The notes under the pieces: model-generated
What the model was told of the DNA's origin: nothing
Database searches by the model: none
What the model saw: the letters and a program-made list of their open reading frames with translations, nothing else
Shown here: piece after piece, positions 36,808-45,440 of the stretch
Layout: each line of letters begins with the position of its first letter
Position numbering within the stretch: the first letter of the stretch is position 1
Assembly: GCA_030706145.1 (NCBI GenBank)
Contig: JAUZPB010000009.1
Location: forward strand, 2,781 to 66,780
Source of the DNA: Bacteroidota bacterium
GTDB taxonomy: Bacteria; Bacteroidota; Ignavibacteria; Ignavibacteriales; SURF-24
Length of the DNA stretch: 64,000 nucleotides
Direction: 5' to 3'
Made by a program: the position numbers and the translations under genes

Positions 36808-39800
36808 TCAGAAATAAGCCCTAACTTCTGCCCTGGCCGTATTTACTACGCTCGAAGGGCCCTGAAGTCGTCCATCGTAACTTACAGTTGATTGCAGGTT
36901 AGAAGCAATTCTATAATCAAGATTTAATCTCCAGAAATAATTCTTTCCAAGCAAATTACCTTTTGTAATTTCAAAAGGAATATAATTAGTTGTCGTATTT
37001 GAAAGCAACTCATTTCTCTCAAATTCAAATCTGAATCTCCCTGTTTCAGCAAAAGAAAGAGTTATTCTAAGTGTCTGGGAGTTTTGATTTATTACTGTAG
37101 GATTTGCAGGCAAATCATCCTGACTTCTTGAAGCTAAAATCTTGAACCCCGCTTCAAGGTTTTTGATGGGTCTATATGAAAAATCTGTAGAAAAGCTATT
37201 GCCAGTTACTTTTCTGGACCTGTTTGAATTAACAGGAGCAGATGCATAATCAGTGGAATTTACAATGTCGGTTTGATTTGATATTTCCTCAACCATTCTG
37301 AATTTTATTCTTAAACTACGCTCTTTTGTAAAGCCCTTTTCAATACCATCACTATATTGTGCCAGGCTTTTTGTTTGCTGATACCTTAAGCGGAAAGAAA
37401 GTTCATTGCTGTTTTCAAAAATAAAAAGATCCTGCTGAAACAAATTATTACCTTTGATCGTAGTTGAATCATTAAGGAAAGAGGATAAATGGAGCAAATA
37501 AATCCTACTTAGGTTTGTTTCTTTGCTATTTTCCTCGACTCTATAGACAGTTTCAGTACTCAAAGGTGATAAGAAGAAATGAGCAAGTGTATTTTTTGCA
37601 AAAATCCTCTCAAAATTTAAGCGCCACCTTGTATTCATCTTTAGGTCAATTACTGGATATAGCTGGTCAGTTGGAAGACTCATTGATATATAATCGCCAT
37701 CATAAATTGTAGGTTCAAATTCATTTTGATCGGGTATTCCATTTTTATTTAGGTCGCCAAGATACTTATAATTGCCTGTTCCCTGCTGTACTTTTACAAA
37801 AACTCTTTCCAATCTAGCAGCTCTTTGTGTAGATCCCTCGTAATAGAAATCCCCATTTACTATGTTTTGCCAGAAATTGAATCTGCTTTGTGACCTTACC
37901 AAAATGGTTTCATTATTTGATAGTCCTTTTTTCTTAAATACATCAGTATATTTTTTATTTCTAATTGTAAAATTCAAGTTAGATGAGACTTCACTTATTC
38001 CATGATAACCTAGTTCATAGGACTGTGTATTTGAATAAGATTCTTTTGACATAATGCCATCTGCAGGATATGAATCTTCTCTAAAGGAATACTCGGCCTT
38101 AAAATTAAAACCTCCTAAGTTAATAAATTCAACTGCAGGAGAGGCTTCATAATACTTAAGGCTGCTTGATATGAGGCTATCAGCATTATTAATCTTGTCT
38201 TTTTTATCTTCTGCCAGAAAATTAAATGATGGTTTTACCTTTCCAAATAAATATGAAATTTTACCTGACTGTCTTAACCAATTACTTAAGTAGCCTTCGT
38301 TCCTTGATCCTACATAATCAAGAGTATAATCCAGATCATATTTTTTCCCTTCGCTAAGTTTCATATCACTTTTGAATCTTTTCGAGACAAAAGATTCACC
38401 TCTTTTTAGATAGCCATAAGTTGAATTTACATTTAGTTGTTCAATAGGAAAAAGATTAAGCGAAGCTTCTCTTAAGATCTCATTTTGAGCTATGGATGCA
38501 TCAGTAATATTATAGTTTCTTGAGAATTCGACTTCATTTATTCTATCAATTGAGGAAAATTTTTCTTGTATGTATCTGTCTCTATAACTAAGTCCGATCT
38601 TTCCAAGTTTCAGACCCCAAAGTTCAACTTCATTTGGTTTTACAACAAAGGAAAGATTTCTAGCAGAACCCATTTCATTTTTACTACTGAGGTTAGAAAA
38701 TCGATTCTTATCCCAAAGGCTTCCTGCTATTTCAACATTGAAGCTAACATCCTTAAAGGGTGAAGCTTCAATGGCAAGGTTTCCTGTTTGTTTTAATTCA
38801 GGAAGAGGAAGCAAAATTACCGGGGCGTAAGAGCCTTGGGCAATGCCTGCAAATTTATAATTGCCAAGACTTTCCTTTATATAATCGCCACTGCCAGAAC
38901 CAACGAAGCTAAAACTCACATTAAATAGTCCCTTGCCAGGAGTATAGATGTAATAAGAGAAAGGTTTTCCGTTTATCAGAGTATCAACCTTGGAGTATGT
39001 ACCTTTGATTATCCCTGTTGAATCTGCTGCAGCCGCTACTATTCCGGTTTTTGAAGCTGCAAGCCTGTTACTGCCAGCAGATGCAATCAGGCTCTTGTCA
39101 TCGTCAGAAAAGCTAAGATCAATTGGGGCATCCTGGTTATCTCCTTCGCGGAAATAATTTAACTTTACTTTCAATTTATTATCGAGCTGATCTGTCTGGA
39201 AACTAGTTCCAAAAAAGTTGCGGGCATATCGTCTGTCAGTATATTCAAAATCAACTGAAATGCGGCTAGCTGATGTAATGAGTTTATTTGGAGTAAAGCT
39301 TACTTCTGAGGTTGAATAGTCGATTGTATAGTCGTTTCTTTCTCCCCTTTTCATTTCTTCGCCATTAAGGTAGACCTTTTCGCTACCAGCAATAACGATA
39401 ATTTCTCTTTCACCATTTACTCCAGTCAGGCGATAAGGTCCCTGGACGCCTTCAGAGCCGGTGAACTGATTATTGTTGAATTTACCTTTTGAGCTAGCAA
39501 CAGCTATTGTAGCCTTTGAGCTGCCATAACCCACTTCTCCTTTTAATCCCTGAAGCTTTCTATCAATTGCGCCAAATTCTCCAAGCTTGCTTTGAAGGTC
39601 ATAATCGCCAAAAGTTCCAACAGCATTCGGATGTCTAATTTCAATGAATACTTTATCTAGCTCATCTAATCTCTCTGTATTCCCTTCGGGTTGAATTGGG
39701 ACATTTTCATCTGTAAGAGCAGCAACTATCTGGACATCGTCAGCAAGCTTCCCGGATAATTGCAGTCTTAAGCCGCTGTTTAATGTAAAATCCCTTGTAG

Positions 39801-40275
39801 TACCAACTGTGAAGCCTCTTACAATTGAACCACTTTTTTGGATCTCACGGCCAAAAATAGCATCAGATGAAAAACCGGTTTGTTCCTTTTGGATTATTCT
39901 TACTGTATCTGCTAGCTTATCATTATATTTTACAACGAGGCTCCTTCTTTTGTACTCCTTTTTTAAAGAAGATAGTATTGTACTGTATGTAACTGTGAAA
40001 GTATCTAGTACAGAAGGATGGATAGAATCTGAAAGTGAAACAGATGATGAGTTTAAAAAGACGGAATAATCCCCTTTAGCCAATACCTTTCCTTTCAATT
40101 TTACAGTTTCACTTGAAGGAATGATAGTAACAGCCGAAAGAAGGTACCGGTTGCTGAAGTTCACAAGGAAAGTATCGGTTACAACAACCGAATTAAATTT
40201 ACTCTGTGCACTTATACAAAGAGTAAGTGAAATCCAGATAGCGGTGATATGTATTAGTTTTAGGAATTGCTTCAA
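36808..40275 (-). CDS. Very large predicted outer-membrane beta-barrel protein of unknown function
   Basis: 1155 aa with a signal peptide (AIWISLTLCISAQS), alternating amphipathic beta-strand character throughout, and a C-terminal OMP beta-signal ending in RAYF. I could not assign a family with certainty. Confidence 0.6.
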   Translation of the reverse strand: MKQFLKLIHITAIWISLTLCISAQSKFNSVVVTDTFLVNFSNRYLLSAVTIIPSSETVKLKGKVLAKGDYSVFLNSSSVSLSDSIHPSVLDTFTVTYSTILSSLKKEYKRRSLVVKYNDKLADTVRIIQKEQTGFSSDAIFGREIQKSGSIVRGFTVGTTRDFTLNSGLRLQLSGKLADDVQIVAALTDENVPIQPEGNTERLDELDKVFIEIRHPNAVGTFGDYDLQSKLGEFGAIDRKLQGLKGEVGYGSSKATIAVASSKGKFNNNQFTGSEGVQGPYRLTGVNGEREIIVIAGSEKVYLNGEEMKRGERNDYTIDYSTSEVSFTPNKLITSASRISVDFEYTDRRYARNFFGTSFQTDQLDNKLKVKLNYFREGDNQDAPIDLSFSDDDKSLIASAGSNRLAASKTGIVAAAADSTGIIKGTYSKVDTLINGKPFSYYIYTPGKGLFNVSFSFVGSGSGDYIKESLGNYKFAGIAQGSYAPVILLPLPELKQTGNLAIEASPFKDVSFNVEIAGSLWDKNRFSNLSSKNEMGSARNLSFVVKPNEVELWGLKLGKIGLSYRDRYIQEKFSSIDRINEVEFSRNYNITDASIAQNEILREASLNLFPIEQLNVNSTYGYLKRGESFVSKRFKSDMKLSEGKKYDLDYTLDYVGSRNEGYLSNWLRQSGKISYLFGKVKPSFNFLAEDKKDKINNADSLISSSLKYYEASPAVEFINLGGFNFKAEYSFREDSYPADGIMSKESYSNTQSYELGYHGISEVSSNLNFTIRNKKYTDVFKKKGLSNNETILVRSQSRFNFWQNIVNGDFYYEGSTQRAARLERVFVKVQQGTGNYKYLGDLNKNGIPDQNEFEPTIYDGDYISMSLPTDQLYPVIDLKMNTRWRLNFERIFAKNTLAHFFLSPLSTETVYRVEENSKETNLSRIYLLHLSSFLNDSTTIKGNNLFQQDLFIFENSNELSFRLRYQQTKSLAQYSDGIEKGFTKERSLRIKFRMVEEISNQTDIVNSTDYASAPVNSNRSRKVTGNSFSTDFSYRPIKNLEAGFKILASRSQDDLPANPTVINQNSQTLRITLSFAETGRFRFEFERNELLSNTTTNYIPFEITKGNLLGKNYFWRLNLDYRIASNLQSTVSYDGRLQGPSSVVNTARAEVRAYF

Positions 40276-40484
40276 TCGATAATTATGGATTTTTGTCAGC
40301 TAAATGTAATGAGCGAACCAGGAAAAGTCAAAGATAAAACAAAACCCCGGTTTTTACAACATACTATAGAAATGTTGGTTATAAGTGCTTATTTTTGCTA
40401 AAGGAAAAAGGTAAAGAGAAAGCTTTTAGTTCTCTAATGAGTTATATCTAGACATATTTTAGCAGAAAAGGAGTTGAGAAAAAG

Positions 40485-40679
40485 ATGGATTGTAAAAACC
40501 TGGCTTCCAACCAGAAAAAATGTAATTGTACGTATGAGCCATGCCCCAGGAAGGGATATTGTTGTCAATGTATAGAATACCACAGGCGGAAAGATCAGTT
40601 GCCAGCATGTTATTTCCCTGCAGAGGTAGAGATGACATATGATAGATCTATTAAGAGATTTTGTGAGCTAAAAAAATAA
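40485..40679 (+). CDS. Small cysteine-rich protein (9 Cys; DUF6485-like)
   Basis: 64 aa containing C-x9-C-x-C-x4-C-x5-CC-x-C. Good RBS (AAAAGGAG). The family name is from memory only. Confidence 0.55.
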   Translation: MDCKNLASNQKKCNCTYEPCPRKGYCCQCIEYHRRKDQLPACYFPAEVEMTYDRSIKRFCELKK

Positions 40680-40765
40680 GACGCATTTTTTTCAGTCTGG
40701 GATACGGAAACTAATAAAGATATAAAAATGTAAAATATTTTGAATTATAAAAAAGGAGATGACTC

Positions 40766-41290
40766 TTGAAAGCAGTATGCAGCATGTTTTGTGTCGTGAT
40801 TTTTTTGCTATTTACGGCTAATTCTTCCTTTAGTCAGGATAAAAGTGCAAATGATATCAAAATTGCACAAATTAAGCACTCAGAAAGCCGTGTAAAATTT
40901 GATCCAAGCAGAAATCCTGCAAAGGATCTTAAAACAGCTATTTCAGAAGCCAAGAAGCAAGGAAAGAATATACTTCTTGATGTTGGCGGTGAATGGTGTA
41001 TTTGGTGCCATAGATTAGATAAGTTATTTGAAGATAACAAAGACCTTGCTGATTTTGAGCATGAAAATTTTGTCGTTGTAAAGGTTAATTACAGCAAGGA
41101 AAACAAGAATGAGAAGTTTCTTAAAGCTTATCCAAAAGTAGATGGTTATCCTCACTTATTTGTACTGGATTCAAATGGTAAGCTATTGCGTTCGCAAAAC
41201 ACAGGGGATCTTGAAAATGGACAAGGCGGACATGATAAAGATAAAGTCATGACGTTCCTTAGAGAGTGGGCACCTAAGAAGAAGTCTTGA
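40766..41290 (+). CDS. Secreted thioredoxin-fold protein (Thioredoxin_7/DUF255-like)
   Basis: 174 aa with a TTG start 8 nt after AAGGAG, a signal peptide, and the redox motif GGEWCIWCHRL (CxxC). TGA stop at 41288-41290. Confidence 0.75.
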   Translation: MKAVCSMFCVVIFLLFTANSSFSQDKSANDIKIAQIKHSESRVKFDPSRNPAKDLKTAISEAKKQGKNILLDVGGEWCIWCHRLDKLFEDNKDLADFEHENFVVVKVNYSKENKNEKFLKAYPKVDGYPHLFVLDSNGKLLRSQNTGDLENGQGGHDKDKVMTFLREWAPKKKS

Positions 41291-41328
41291 TAAGAAAAAG
41301 TCCTGATAAGACTAATTCTTTTTAATAG

Positions 41329-41380
41329 ATGGGCTGTCTCTTAAGCTAATTATGGCTTAGTAAGACAGCCCATTTTTTTT
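41329..41380 (+). terminator. Rho-independent terminator after the thioredoxin-fold gene
   Basis: ATGGGCTGTCT...AGACAGCCCAT 11-bp outer stem (with an internal secondary helix) followed by T8. Confidence 0.8.
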
Positions 41381-41399
41381 GATAGTTTTTTCTATTACA

Positions 41400-44300
41400 T
41401 CACAATTTTACAAATTTCTTCTCAGATTCAGAGAAAATGTTTTCAAAAAGAATTGAGAGTTTATATTCTGAATGAGAAGAGACATCTTTTATGAATTTGT
41501 TCAAGTGATATGCATTTTTTACAAAGCTCAACAGTTTTTCGTTATTAGAAGCATTTCCATCAGTTGAAAGATAGTTCAAAAGTCTTATTGTAAACATCCA
41601 ATCTGACAACTCTTCGAGGTTTTCTTTACTATAATACCATTCTCCCTGATAATAATTGGTCCCAATATATTGGCGGATCTCGACATCAGAGATAAGTTTT
41701 TCGATAAATGAACTTTCCGTTTTTGTAAGTTTTCTGGTTAAAATTGACTGTGGAAATTTTAATTTTGAACTTCCATTTTCATTTTGTTCCTCTTCAATTG
41801 GAGCTAAGTTAAACGGGTTATATCTTAATAATATCCTTATCAGGCCTATTGCCTGGTTAATATCATTTTCTCCTCTTCCAAACCTTTGAAGGACCTGGTC
41901 AATTGGTCTTACCAGATAAAGTTCCTCAGAAAGGCGAATACTATCAGTAGTGAGGTCATTATTATTACCTTTAAGCTTTCCAATTGAATTTAGAGAAAGC
42001 CATATCAGATAGATCATGAGATTTCTAGGGTAATTTGATTCCTTGCTTAAGAGGACATTTCTGCGGAAGTCATGCGTAATAAACTCGTTCTCAATTACAA
42101 ATTTGTCATCTGAAAGAATATCATTTATTCCTTTTAGCGCGGTAACTCCACCTCTAAAGTCATTTATTATCGAGTTTGTTTCAATTGAACTATTAATATT
42201 AGTTTTTATTATGTTCAATAGATTTGAATACTTATTAACGATAAGATCTAAGTTTTCAGCAATCTTTTCTTTTGCTTTTTCTTTGACATAGATATCTGTT
42301 AGAATTTCTATAGATTGGTTATCGAAAAGGCTCAGATATGCATTATGGACAGGAGCTAATTTTAGCTCTAAGCGAGTCCTTTCGATATTGTGTATACCAT
42401 TCCCGTTGAGATAGCTCCAAAGGTTGTAGTATTCGCCGGAAGTATCATAGATTTCCCTGAAGTCAAGAAAAACGTGATACTTAAAGGCTTCAAGTTCAAT
42501 ATACAATCCATTATCATGAAGTTCTCTACCGGTTCGTATATATTCCAGGTGAGTAATGTGGTCTCTATAAATATAGAAAAAGTTTTCTCCTCCATTTATT
42601 CCTAAAGCAGAAGCAATTGAACTAAAGGCCAAACCTCTTTCTTCACCATTATCTGCCGATACAGCTTTACCAGTTGAATGGTTAATCCAACCTTTGGCAA
42701 CATCAAACTTATTGTTATAAACTACTATTGCCTTATCGTTACCATACCTGTTGGAGTAGGCAAATACATTCTCATTTGTATTTCCATAATTGTCCTTAAA
42801 GTCATAGAACCAAAAGTCATTTACCTGACTGAACATATATCTTTTCTTCATCAATGGGAAAATTTCCCTTTTATGTCTTTCAACAAGATGCTCATTAGGT
42901 ATCTCATTGTAATATGCCCTTTTGTATTCCATGCCATATTTCTCGGAATAACCTTCAATCTGCCCATGTCCGAACATGGGTAAGCCAGGTAATGTGACTA
43001 ATAAGGTAGCTACACCGAAATATTTATCATCAGTTCCGAACTGTCTTATTGCTGTTTCTTCATCAGGGTTACTCATAAAGTTAACATACCGTTTGAGAAT
43101 TTCGGGATTGAACTCAAGAGTATTAGTTATTACATCCCTGTATTTGTCATTTTCTTCTTTCATCATCATATGCATAAAAGCACTGTTATAAACGCGGTGC
43201 ATTCCTAGTGTACGGACAAAATAACCTTCCATTAACCAGAAAGCTTCTGCAAGTAGAAGAGTGTCAGGCATCTCCTTGTTAATTCTATCGACTACTTCTC
43301 TCCAAAACTCTTTTGGGAACAATCTATCAAAATCTTCTTTTCTTAAACCATAATCTGATCTTGATGGAATATCTCCGCCTGTACCTGGTTGTGGGTACCA
43401 AAGGCGGTGGAAATGCCGTTTGGCCAAAGTCATTGCAGCATCAAAGCGAATAATAGAGGTCTTTCTTGCAACATGGAAAATTGTCTGTATAACAGCTTCT
43501 CTAACGTAGTCCTTTAGCATATCTAACTGAGCCGTATCATTCCATGGCATGTTTGTGCCATCGTTCCCATGGTAAATATACCTTATCTGACCTGTATGGT
43601 TATCAATTCTCTGAAAAACAACAGCGGCATCTGTCTTTGACCAATAGCCATCTTCAATTCTTAGCTGGACAAATGGATCATCAGACAGGTCCGGACCAGT
43701 AAAGGTATAATTGGGGAAAGGGCTATGTGAAGACTGAATGAAATAATCCGGATGCTCAATAACCCATTTAGAAAAAATTCCCATGTGATTAGGGACCATA
43801 TCACTTGCAAGGCGGATTCCCCTTTGGCGGCAGCGTGAGTTAAGATTTTGGAAGGCTTCTTCACCACCTAACTCGTAAGCAATAACATAATCATAAATTG
43901 AGTAAGCCGATGGTACAGCTTCAGGATTTCCAGTCATCTGTTTAATCTTTTGAGACGCCCGGCTCCTCTCCCAAAGGCCGATTAACCAAAGACCCGTAAA
44001 GTTACTAGATGCAAAAAAGTCAAGTTCTTCATCGGGTATTTGATCGAGTCTTGTAATTGATCTGTTATATCTTTTAGAGAGCTGATCTAGCCAAACAAAG
44101 ACATTCTTGGCTAGTAGGACAACTTGCGGCATCCAGTGAATATCAGGTGTAAATCTTTCAGTTTCAAGATAATCAAGATAAGAATCTTTCCCATATCTAT
44201 AGGCTGACTTTCCAAGCATAAGATAGTCAGCATCATCCAGAGCTGATTTATACTTAGGTACTACGGTCGGGGCTCCACCACCACCAAATGCTCCCAGACG

Positions 44301-45125
44301 GTAGTCTTCTTTTATAAGGTCCAATCCACTTAAAAGCTTTTCAAGAAATTTGGCATCTATTATCATTGACCAGCGGTTCATGATAAACTTTAATTGTTCC
44401 TCAAGGCTATCTGGATTATTAATAATGGGAGTTCTTAAAAGGTTAAAAAGATCCTGATTATCAGGGCCAAAAGGCTTTTCCTTTAGGAAAAATCCATCCA
44501 GGTATTGCAAGAGCTCATTATACGCAGTTTTCTGTGAAAGCTCACTGTTATCAAAGAGTTCCTTAAAGGAAGTTGCTCCAGGGTTAAAATTTGCAAAATG
44601 AAGGAGCATTATTTCTTCAAGTGTTATTTCTGCATTGGACTTACCTTCAGTAAATTCATTTAGATATTCGATAGGATGCTTAGTGCCCTTGTATATATCA
44701 ACCGGAGGAAATGTTTCAACAAATTTTACCAGAATTTTTCTAAGATCATCTTCTCCAAGATTTATACGCAAAAAATTCATTGCTTTCGAAAAAGCCTCAG
44801 GATTAGCCTGATTTTCGTACTGCCTGAGTATGTGATGATATATCTCATCAATAAGTCCAATTGCATTAACTTGACCGGTTCTAACAGAATCTTCAGCTTT
44901 CCTTTTGGAATTTAATTTCTGAGTAAAAACTCTTGCCGCATGAAAATTTGCAAATATCACATTGCCATTAAAGGAAAACAAAGTATCATCAAACTGATAC
45001 TTATCTCTTGAAGCTTTTGAAATGTGGAATTCGTAAACCGGATGAAAAATATTTGTCCACGTCTTACTGGATTTTTCAGGAACTTTATAAAGGGTTAGAA
45101 TAGAGTGACCTTTCTTTGTTTGCAT
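41400..45125 (-). CDS. Large alpha-amylase-superfamily (GH13-like) protein with long N- and C-terminal extensions
   Basis: 1241 aa. GH13-like conserved regions: I ASDMVPNHMG, II IIRFDAAMTL, III LLLAEAFW, IV FMSNPDEE. About 350 aa of unassigned sequence before the catalytic core and about 500 aa after it. Confidence 0.78.
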   Translation of the reverse strand: MQTKKGHSILTLYKVPEKSSKTWTNIFHPVYEFHISKASRDKYQFDDTLFSFNGNVIFANFHAARVFTQKLNSKRKAEDSVRTGQVNAIGLIDEIYHHILRQYENQANPEAFSKAMNFLRINLGEDDLRKILVKFVETFPPVDIYKGTKHPIEYLNEFTEGKSNAEITLEEIMLLHFANFNPGATSFKELFDNSELSQKTAYNELLQYLDGFFLKEKPFGPDNQDLFNLLRTPIINNPDSLEEQLKFIMNRWSMIIDAKFLEKLLSGLDLIKEDYRLGAFGGGGAPTVVPKYKSALDDADYLMLGKSAYRYGKDSYLDYLETERFTPDIHWMPQVVLLAKNVFVWLDQLSKRYNRSITRLDQIPDEELDFFASSNFTGLWLIGLWERSRASQKIKQMTGNPEAVPSAYSIYDYVIAYELGGEEAFQNLNSRCRQRGIRLASDMVPNHMGIFSKWVIEHPDYFIQSSHSPFPNYTFTGPDLSDDPFVQLRIEDGYWSKTDAAVVFQRIDNHTGQIRYIYHGNDGTNMPWNDTAQLDMLKDYVREAVIQTIFHVARKTSIIRFDAAMTLAKRHFHRLWYPQPGTGGDIPSRSDYGLRKEDFDRLFPKEFWREVVDRINKEMPDTLLLAEAFWLMEGYFVRTLGMHRVYNSAFMHMMMKEENDKYRDVITNTLEFNPEILKRYVNFMSNPDEETAIRQFGTDDKYFGVATLLVTLPGLPMFGHGQIEGYSEKYGMEYKRAYYNEIPNEHLVERHKREIFPLMKKRYMFSQVNDFWFYDFKDNYGNTNENVFAYSNRYGNDKAIVVYNNKFDVAKGWINHSTGKAVSADNGEERGLAFSSIASALGINGGENFFYIYRDHITHLEYIRTGRELHDNGLYIELEAFKYHVFLDFREIYDTSGEYYNLWSYLNGNGIHNIERTRLELKLAPVHNAYLSLFDNQSIEILTDIYVKEKAKEKIAENLDLIVNKYSNLLNIIKTNINSSIETNSIINDFRGGVTALKGINDILSDDKFVIENEFITHDFRRNVLLSKESNYPRNLMIYLIWLSLNSIGKLKGNNNDLTTDSIRLSEELYLVRPIDQVLQRFGRGENDINQAIGLIRILLRYNPFNLAPIEEEQNENGSSKLKFPQSILTRKLTKTESSFIEKLISDVEIRQYIGTNYYQGEWYYSKENLEELSDWMFTIRLLNYLSTDGNASNNEKLLSFVKNAYHLNKFIKDVSSHSEYKLSILFENIFSESEKKFVKL

Positions 45126-45390
45126 ATTATATCCGATTAAGTTGATGCTTGTTTTTATAATTAGACTGTCAAAAAATTTAGTTGCAGTTATGAAGAAAAT
45201 TGAATAATATCAAGTAATAAACAAAACATATGATCAAAATATGCTTAAGCTACATATAGTAATATCTTAAAAAATCCTTTGATTAAAATCGACGCATAAT
45301 AAATTACCAAAATTCGATTTAAGTATCTATAAAATGGCCTTTCAAAGTTGAAAATATTCTAATTTCGACTTAAATATGCACCTTCAAAAA

Positions 45391-45421
45391 TTGATATTAT
45401 TGGCATTTAAGCATATTTTTG
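45391..45421 (+). promoter_or_regulatory. Candidate FCB-type promoter for mutS (TTG-N20-TAttTTTG)
   Basis: TTG at 45391-45393 and TATTTTTG at 45414-45421, 19 nt upstream of the mutS ATG. Confidence 0.4.
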
Positions 45422-45440
45422 TAAGAAAACCAAGGGGAAT

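Noticed and set aside
40285-40398. 37-aa ORF (MDFCQLNVMSEPGKVKDKTKPRF...) in the intergenic region upstream of the Cys-rich gene
   Set aside because: It has no RBS, no recognisable features, and lies in the promoter region of divergent genes. This is insufficient evidence for a gene.
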